From NCBI RefSeq assembly GCF_009914755.1, contig NC_060946.1: a stretch of DNA of 64,000 bases. The stretch is one strand, 5' to 3'. This document shows positions 43,694-64,000 of this stretch, piece by piece. The stretch is from the human T2T-CHM13v2.0 reference genome, Homo sapiens. The translations under genes and the position numbers were made by a program. The stretch's first letter is position 1. Each line of letters begins with the position of its first letter. The notes below the pieces were generated by a model. That model was not told the origin of the DNA. It saw nothing but the letters and a program-made list of their open reading frames with translations, and did no database searches.

Positions 43694-45026
43694 TTACCCC
43701 ATTTAATAATTTTTAGTTATTTAGATATTAGACTTCTTTAAGTGGAACTTGTTTCTGTCTGGTGGCTGGGGAGAGGGACAGCATATGCTAATTGTTTCTC
43801 TGTACAGTATTGTTCGTGGATTTACTCTAATCCCACTTTCCTCACCTGCTTGTGATTAAGACGGGTGTCAGGGGTAGGGTGGAGTGAATTGAAGCCACTT
43901 GGCCAGAAAAGGGATTTATTTAACTCATGGCAGTGACATCTTAACATTGTTTTCTTCTTTCCGTCATATATTTGTTCAGCAGTAATTTATTAAGCACTGA
44001 TGTAGGTGCTGGGGCATCTAAGAATTAATTTGGTTGGCCCATTGCCTTCAATAGTTTGGTTCATGTGGAAATACTTGCCATCTGGTGACTAACTATATAA
44101 CTTACTGCTTTAGGTTATGACTGAGATAACTCCTTAGTTATCTTTTCTGATAATCAGGGAATGAGTGGTAGTTTTTTGCTTCTGGTAGTTTTGGAGACTT
44201 CATTGAAGGTTTGACTTGATAGTCACTTTATTAAACATTGTCTTTAGCTCTGTGCACTATCTCTTCAAAATTATCTTTTGCATTACCTCTGAGAACTTTG
44301 CAACCTGGAATTGCCTTCCTAGTTATTTTATCACATCCTTCAATTTTACTTTTTTAACACTCCTAAATTGTATCACCATCTGAAATTATTTGTGTATGGT
44401 ACGTCTCCACAATACTATCCGGTTTCCTGAAAGCAGAGACCTTATCTGTTTTCCTCACTGTTGTATCCCCAACATCTAGAACAGGGCTTGGCAGGAGTAG
44501 ATGTTGAGTGAAAATGTGTGAGTATAAGGTCACCAGGACTCACTGTGTGACGATGGTAGGCTCGTTTCCTCACCAGCAAAATGGGGATAATATATTGTTG
44601 CGACGCATAAAGGAAATGCTATATGTGAGGGCTGGGCACCTAGTCTTGTTGCTTAGTAAGTGTTTCCTTCCCCTTTGCTGTATCTCCCTTTGTTGAATGA
44701 ACCAGAAAGGCTTTTATGGCCCCGCAGAATGGCTCTGTTCTTTCTCATGGCTACCAGGATCATGAAGCCTGTACAGTGATTGCACAGAGCTTTAGCCTGC
44801 ACAAGGACAGGAGCAGCACGGAGCCTTTTCTTTTTATTCAAGTCCCTACATTCCTGTGGTCTGATGTCGTCTCTTCATAACTCTCCAGTTTCCTTCAGGC
44901 TGTGCCTCTGTGTTGTATCCACGTTTACTTGGCTGTTTTTCATACATTCTGTGCTTTGCATCAGAAGGTTCTCAGCAATTTCAAATGAATTGGTCTTAGA
45001 GTTTACAAGGCAAAGGAGAACATTGA

Positions 45027-45410
<384 letters not shown>

Positions 45411-45549
45411 AGTTTTGACTCAATGGGCAAAATGAAAATTTAGGTCCATTGCCCACTTTATACAATGCTGTTGAATTAATATGGGTGACAGAAAAATGGC
45501 TTTCATTCATTGACGTTGGAATTTGTTTTTTAAAAAACTTAGAAAATGA

Positions 45550-47630
<2,081 letters not shown>

Positions 47631-47790
47631 TCATTCCTCATCACAGAAGATGAGGGAAGAACTGTTCGATCACAGGTGTGGGCAGCAGTTCAAATGCTGC
47701 ACAGGAAGAAAAGTATTTGGTTATGGCAACATTCCCGAACCTGGTGTTGGGAGGTGTTCCAGTGTTGGTATGGGAATCATTCGATGGCGC

Positions 47791-48588
<798 letters not shown>

Positions 48589-49350
48589 GAGGGTTATGCG
48601 AAGTAAAATAGGCTACTGTACAGCGGATGTGCACTCTGAAAATACCCAAAATGGTTTAGCACCATCGCAAAGCATTTCACAGGATTAGTGTTTCTTAGAA
48701 TACATGTTGGCTTATCCTAGTGGAATTTTTAGAATTTAGAAGGGTCAAATCTCTAATTTTGAATGTGAGGAGACAAACTTTTTATGAAAATACACAGATT
48801 CCAAAATTTGAAATAGTGTTTGGGCTACAGTCAGCAGAATGGTACATTGGTAGAAGTTCCTAAACATACCGGTTTGTGCCATGTTTCTGAAATGCTTGGT
48901 GCAGAGGCTTACACTTAAAAACAGATCCAGCAGGAGGGGTGGGAGCGTTCCTGTTACTGTTTGTGAGTTTCTTTTGCACTCCCTGGAGTCAGTGAGGTGG
49001 TGGCTTCAGGTGGGGGGATGAAGTTAGGATTGCTTTAAGTCAGTGTCCCAGCGTCCCTGTGTGGTGGAGGTGTGAGGTGGGAGAGGGTGCCACCAGGCTA
49101 ATTATGTTGTGCTTGTCTCTCACTTTTCTTATCTCACTTTTCTCCGTTTAGCCCCGTTTAGTCATTGTGTACTTTTTGCCGACCTGGGCCAATTGAACGC
49201 ATATTTACTAAATATGGGTGGGTTTTTTCAGTTTATAAAAAGCAGGTTCAAAGATTTTCATTTAATTATCTCATTGATTGAGACTGCTTTGCAGCTGTTA
49301 ACTAGACCATCTAAGTGATAACCAGTAAAGATAGAAAGGATCTTGAATCT

Positions 49351-49713
<363 letters not shown>

Positions 49714-50139
49714 TTACTACATGATTTCATTTCAGTTGACATAGAGAAGCTTATTTTTCTGTGAAGTGCCCTGTCAGAGTTTGGGATATCAGCTATTCAA
49801 TCTTGTTTTTTGTTTGTTTAATCAGTATGACTTCTTACATTTTTGTTTTTCTTTAGAAGTGCATTTTGGTTATTCATTTATGCTTTTATAAAAACCAGAC
49901 TGTATAGTGGTGAGCAGAAATAATGCCCTTTAATGCCTTAGTAAGGTCAGAGACCTAGCAGGTGATCGCGTGTGCTCCCCTCCAGGATCCCAGGGCAGCG
50001 AAGCTTGTGATCAGTTGCTGCCTCTTCTTGCCGTTGTTTCCTTTACCCCTCTGCTTACCGAAAATAATTGCTGTTCTTTTAATGCCAAGAAGTTCCCATT
50101 TATAAACTGAAGTTAGTTAGATAATTAGGTAGCTTAGAA

Positions 50140-50385
50140 CAGTGGCTTTTAAACTTTTTGATTGGCTCTACTATAAAAAATTCAATTTGTATTGAAACCC
50201 ATAGACATGTGAATGTTTATGCTGAAACAGAAGTATTTACTTTCTGATAATAAGTGTATGTAGTCAGATACAGTCTTTTAAGTCCACTTTGTATGGTACA
50301 GAACAAATCCCTAACAAGCTAATTCCAACCCACTAAATTGATTTAATGATCACTGAGGGTTGTCTTACCATGGTTTCAAAACATT
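50140..50385. mobile_element. hAT-Charlie MITE remnant
   Basis: cagtggcttttaaactttttga … cccactaaattgattt…gtttcaaaaca termini. Confidence 0.5.
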
Positions 50386-52299
50386 TAGAAGGCACTACTC
50401 ATGAGTTGCCCCATTTCAGCATATGATCCCCACTTTTGCTGGTCTAAGAATCATTTATCAGTCCCACTCAGTTATCATATCAACCAGATTTGTTAGTGAC
50501 TTTAAAAAAACGTTAATTTGTTACTTCAGCAAGTAGAAGATGGATATTTTTGATGCCCAGAGTGTTGTCTTCCCCGTCCAGGGTATCTCATTCTGATCAA
50601 ACCGAATTGGCCATCCATACTGAGAAGTGGCTATTGATATATTTATATTGAGAAATGAATATGTGTTTATACTTTCTCCCCCAGATATTAGAGAAACTGA
50701 AGTGGGAAACACCTTTGTAGCTACCAGATTATGTATTCTCTTTTGGAAAAGCCTCATGGAAAACACTGCTGTGCTGTCTTCCAGCTTCCAGGTTTCACGA
50801 AGGCACATCTCTCAACTAGTAATATGTTCTGTTTTCAGAACACACTTCAGTACATTTGATTAGTTCAGCATTTCCCGCTGTTTGTTGGGGTACTAATAGA
50901 TTTGTCTGCCCAAAAAAAAAAAAAAAAAGAGGTTTCTTTCCTAATTAAAGTGAATTAAACTGGCCTTTCCTTGCTACAGGATTTCTTAACGTCTTTAGGG
51001 TGGGAATGTGCATTGGAAATCTTAGTGATGTGTATATAAAATCTTCAAAGTGCCAGGTTTTTGTTTTTTAGTGTCCACTTGGGGAAATGCTTGATTAGCT
51101 TTCCATTTCAATTATCCCTTTCTAAAACTGGGTCTTAAGCAAACTGGAATTGGGTGTTTCCCAGGTCTCTTCAAACACTTTAATATGTTGGTTCCCAGAC
51201 TTCGGTTTCAGGGAACTGTAAGGTTGAAAAAGACACATTGGGGTCCATCATGAGTTGAAATTTGCCAAGTAAAGGCATTTTTGAAACTTACCATTTGTTA
51301 CCATCATTTCAAAGAAAAAAAAATTTTAACAAAAAAGTAGAATGAACAGTCTCAGAATAAGAGCCGTCTCATTAAATTGAATAAAGCTTTATGAAAATGA
51401 TTACATTGTTTCCTTTTTCCCACAGATCATCACAGGTGCTAAAGTTTGGCATTTGGGAACCACATCCTAATTATAGACCATCTCTTAGTATGTATTACAA
51501 TAAGTATGTGCTGGCTGGTTTTATTAGCCTCACTCATAGGAATAAACCTTATTTCAAGTCTGGGACTACCTTCCTTCATTCTTATTTATTGACTACCAAG
51601 ATAATGATTTCATGACTCATCCTTTTAAAAAATTACTTTGTTCCATCTGAATATGCTGTGAGCAGATAACCATTCTACATTCGTGTCTGAAAAAAGAAAA
51701 ACCAAGCCCACTCCATTAGGTGCTGAGCAGTTGTAGCATCTAGAATAGTACTCAAAACTTACAGCAAAATTTATCTGATTCAGTCTTGGAGGTTATGTAA
51801 AATGGCAAGTAGGTTATAAAACTTACATATCTGTGTTACTTGTATACATTTTAACCTGTTGGCTCTTCATGAGTTATGAAAATGGCCATGGCAGATTTTC
51901 TGTCATATTATGTACATTTTAATTTTTATGTCCATCATCTGCTGTTGCATTTTAAATGACAAAGACCTTAAATCTGGCAACCCCACATCAAATGTCCCTT
52001 CTGTCCCTGTCTCAGGGAGAGAAGGTGCTTCTTGGATGCACTTTACTCCTGTAATCAGGAGGGCCATGGCCAGCAGCTCTCTGGCCTGCCCTGGTGTGAT
52101 AATGCTATCAGCTGGTTGTGGGAGTGGCTGCCCCAGCAAGGCCTGCTCCTTCTCCTTTTCGAAGAGTGCTGGGGCAGAGAGGGGAGGAGAGGAGAGGTTA
52201 TGGTTAGCTGTGTCGGGTGTTTGGAAGCATTGGCATGCTGGGTAGACTTGAATTGGAGCTTGGTATAATCTAGGTCCTGTGTGATTGGAAAGATGTGTT

Positions 52300-55800
<3,501 letters not shown>

Positions 55801-56845
55801 GCTTCTGTGCTTGGGCATTATGGTATTCTGCCCTAGGAAGAAACCAGACAAAATACTTCTCCCAGGCCAGGTAGCATTGCAGTAGCTTCCTGAAGTTGCT
55901 GGGCCAGCTTTCCTTCCAGAAGAAATATTTGGCGTGGTGTGGAAGGGGGCTGTGAACTGTCTCCTCCCTTTTAGAAGAAATATCTGTATTTCAGGTAGCA
56001 GTGTCCTTGATACAGAACTCTTAGTTTTCCCCACCTGCTTTGCACATGCTTGAATGTCCTTTAATAGGAAACAAAGATGCCTAACATCTCACAATTGGGA
56101 AAGGCTTTAAATGCAATCAGCCTGTGAATTCTCTGAGCTGTAGCAGCTTCTGTGTTTACTTGTCCTCCCCCCACCAATAGAGAAGAAAAGCCAGAGTGGC
56201 TGGTCCCTCCACCAGCTTGGGGAAGGGGAGGGGGAGACTTTTAGGCACTGTGGTCCCTAAAAGGAGGCGAACTGGTGTTTCCTGCTACAGAACACTGGTG
56301 CATCTGCAGTGGTTTGGGGAGGACGTCTGAGTCCTGTGATGTATCACTCAGGGTCTAGGCCCTTTGTAAACCCAGGGGAGACCTGCTTTAAATTTTGCTG
56401 GGAGCCCTCCTTTAAATTTTGCTTGGAGGCCTTTTGGAAGCGCAGAGGCTTTGCAAATGACACATGCAGACAGCTTTATCCTTCTGTGTGAAGAAGAATT
56501 ATTTGCAGAGACAACAATGTATGTTCATGGTACCTTTTTTGTTTGCATTTTTTAAATGTCTGGCTTTGCTCTTGAGGCAATTTGGAAGGATTGCCACTAT
56601 ATTTTCTTGGATGTAAACAAATTATAATGGTTTTAAAAGAAACAACACACCAAAACCACATCATCTGACATGCCAAGGAAGTTTAGATATTTCAGATATT
56701 GAAAATATAGAGCAAATAGAACATCTGGCATTATTTACTGATAATTCTTAGATTAATTCCTGATCCCAGTGTTTTCTTTTGAGGCCACGTGTTTGAAATG
56801 TCTAACCTGCTGGGACCTTTCCAGCTCTGCTTGATTCACTATTAG

Positions 56846-57748
<903 letters not shown>

Positions 57749-58665
57749 TTCTAATGGATTTTTAATAATGTGATCTTCTTCTATCACATGTTAAATCCTA
57801 ATAGTTACTGGTACTTAATAGATCTAGAGGTAAAAACCAGATAACCCACCACTGAATAAATGAGTGCCTCAGTGGTCCAGGACCCTAAAACTGGGCCTCG
57901 TTGGAGTCTCTAGGACTTGTTGGCACCTTTATTTGGAAGTCAGGGTAGAAAAAACAGCTTATTTGTTCATTTCTTTCTCCTAGAATATTTCTATTCTCCT
58001 GAGGCAGGGATGAGTTGGTTGCTCATTTTTAGATTATGGAACTCTTGCTGATGTTTTTTTCTGGTTTCCCTTTGTTTGGGTCGGGGCAGTGATAGGGCAG
58101 ATGTGGTTCAGGCTCGCAGTTATGACCTGTACTCTGCAGTAGCTTCTCTCTGAGGTTCTGTGTAACCAAATTTTAAAACATTGCTCTGAGTCATGCTGAG
58201 TTTTTCCATAAGGCTCTGGTCGGGGGGAAGGGACATGAACTGATTCATTAAGTGCCTATTATGCTGCACACACTTCCATTACCTCATTTAGTCCTCCCAA
58301 CAACCTGATGTGGAGGATGGTTTTATCTTCATAAGAAAAAAGGAGTGCTGACAGCTCAGTGACCAGGCTGCAGCCATGTACACATGAGGAGGTGGAGGAA
58401 CTGGGTGCTGTAACTCCACCAAAATTTTCTTCTCTTCCCAAGCTGCCTTAAACACAGTGCAGAGTGATTTGCTAATTGATTGGTTGAATCCCTGTATTAT
58501 AAAGTGGAGTGTCTTAAAATATGGATGCAGATGACGGGAACAGCTTGCTGGCTTTATGGTGTCCTCAGCACTGCATTCATGATAAACAACAGGAGAATGA
58601 GACTGTGCTGATCGTGTGCAGAATAGGAGGTCTTTGGGAGCATCCCTGGCTGGCTGCTGAAAGGT

Positions 58666-59311
<646 letters not shown>

Positions 59312-59819
59312 TAAGCAACATGACAGATTAACTAAAAAAGAAAAATCACTGAATGGTTAAAAAGTTTACTTCAGGTGATTAATTGAAAAACCAATTGATT
59401 AATAAAGACATTTTTAAAGGATCTAAACTGTATTGAGTTTAAGTTGTAATTCTTAAAGCATAATCAGAAGGCTTATCAAAGCTATAACGAAGAAAATAGA
59501 AGTCATTTGTAATTAGACAATAATTAAAGGCAAGTACATGCCCAGTGATTTTAAAGTGCTTGAAAACAATTAGTTTTCTTAAGTAGGTTAAATATCTGGG
59601 TTACAAGCTTGTTTACACTATTAATTTACTTAGCAAACCTGTTCTTCATAGATGATGCAAAGTTGAATTTTAGTTTGGCCGTCTGAATTATTACAAGTTC
59701 TAACTTAACAGATATTCTTTAAAAAATACATTTTTACATTAATTCTTTTTAATTTTAAAAGCATTCTTCTTTTCTCTCTCTTTTCCTTCCTGAACAGTTC
59801 AGTCCTAGAGGCTATTAAG

Positions 59820-61976
<2,157 letters not shown>

Positions 61977-62662
61977 AAAAAGTAATATTCTTGCCTAAAA
62001 TTTAAATCATGAGAAGTACATAAAATTAAATGTTCCCTATTTCTTATTTTAGCCTCCCCTTTTAAGCATTTTATTTATGTATGTATGAATGTATATGTAA
62101 TATATGTTGTAGGTCATATTGAGTATTTATGATATGCTAGGCACAGGCACACTGTATTCCTGGGAATTACAATGGTCATCAGTCAAAACCCCTGCCACTA
62201 GAGCTGCATGGCCTTGTGTTATTTGGAGAAGCCATCATTTCTTTAAGTTCCCTCTCATGAGAGGCAGTGGAATGTGATGGTGGTGGGAGCTCAAGCTCTA
62301 TATTCGTATCCCAGCCCTGCCAGCAACTGTGCTGAAATCTTACTCAACTTCACTGTGCCTCCGCCTCCTTATCTGCAGGCTGGAGATGTGTCTCATCCCC
62401 ATTTAACAGAGCTGTTGTGAGCATCACACGTGGTGATACACGTAGGGTGCTATACTTGTGGGTGGCACATGGCAAGCACCTGGTAAATGGTAGCTCCCAC
62501 TGAGGGACGTTTAGGTTATCATTCGTACTTTTATAAATCTAAAAATTGCCTTGTATACATTTTTGCACACTTACACTTTAGAATCTTTAAAAAAAATTTG
62601 GCTACCTTTCTGTTGTGAAGTTTTGCTTTTAGTGGCTTTGTTAGAGTGCTGTGAAAAACTAG

Positions 62663-63114
<452 letters not shown>

Positions 63115-63127
63115 CCATTTTCAAATA

Positions 63128-63361
63128 CAGGTTGAGAATCCCGAATCTGAAAATCCAAAATGCTCTACAACCCAAAATGCTCCAAAATCTGAAACTTTTT
63201 GAGCACCAGCACGATACTGAGAGTGCTCATTGGAGTATTTCGGATTTCAGATTTTCAGATTCAGGATGCTCAACCAGTAAATTTCATGCAACTATTTCAG
63301 AATCCGAAAAAGTTTGAAACACTTCTGTTCCCAGACATTTCAATAAGGAATACTCAATTTG
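63128..63361 (+). mobile_element. Tigger4a-like (TcMar-Tigger) MITE, full length with TA TSD
   Basis: TA|caggttgagaatccc…aatgctccaaaatctgaaactttttgagc…ggaatactcaatttg|TA. Confidence 0.9.
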
Positions 63362-64000
63362 TAATACCATTTTAGAATAGTTAGGCGAGCTTTGCTCAGG
63401 TTTGAAAGGGTCACGTAATGTTAATCACTAGGAAATACTTTTGTCTCAAGTAGTGTAAGCCAAGAAAATACTGTCTTGAGAACTTTGCCTGATGAGCTTT
63501 GAATGTCAGAGAAAGGAATAATATTAATTCCTACTTCTAGTTGAGTTAAAGTCATTTAATTTGATGTTTTGTTTCTGTATACCCTGCTTGAAAAACCAGA
63601 ATAGGCTTTTAAAACCTCTAAATGTGTATGTGTTGTTGTTGTTTTTTTGTTTTTTTTTTTTTTGCCTTTGGCAGACCTGTTTTGCAAATGACCAACTTTC
63701 TATATGAGTTTTTAACAAGAATGTTGCCACTTGTTACTTTTCACATTTGAAAGAATCAAATAACTTATTTTTAGGGTATTATAATTACAAATAGATTGTG
63801 GTTTTCTGCAGTCAGTGGAGGAATGTAAATAAACCATTGCTGCTGTAACTATATATAAACGCATGTAGGACAGGAGATGTGCTTGAAAACTGTGAAGCAA
63901 AAAGGAGTCCATCTTTCAGAAAGAGACAACCCTTTTCTTTAAGATAAATCCGATTTATGTGTTGTCTTAAGATAACGAATGACTTGTTTCTCAGTTTTGA

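Overview
Human (hominoid) genomic DNA lying entirely within the TNRC6B (GW182-family miRISC effector) locus, + strand. Two real exons are recognisable. The first is a 68-nt internal coding exon of the upstream-promoter isoform (17697-17764, VEQEDFVMEGHGKTPPPGEESK(Q)). The second is the alternative first exon of the main isoform (~39335-39550), ending ATGAG|GT, with a non-CpG-island promoter inside a 5.2-kb Alu-free block. Everything else is intron filled with about 70 Alus, old L1/HAL1/L2/MIR relics, three MaLR solo LTRs and several DNA-transposon fossils. The ORF track is essentially all repeat-derived noise. I found no new protein-coding system. The most interesting signals are: (1) a layered translational-control module at the TNRC6B start codon, with a strong-Kozak uORF, a second uORF whose stop overlaps the weak main ATG (ATGA), a miR-17/106-family 8mer site with 3'-supplementary pairing abutting the ATG, and a tandem GTTGGT donor; (2) a fossil ~2.55-kb inversion with a ~470-bp inverted duplication (1545-4578); (3) a short poly(A)-tailed non-TE retro-fragment with an Alu inside one TSD; (4) several fold-back/template-switch scars. 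Gene identity and repeat family names come from recognition, not database searches, and repeat boundaries are approximate.
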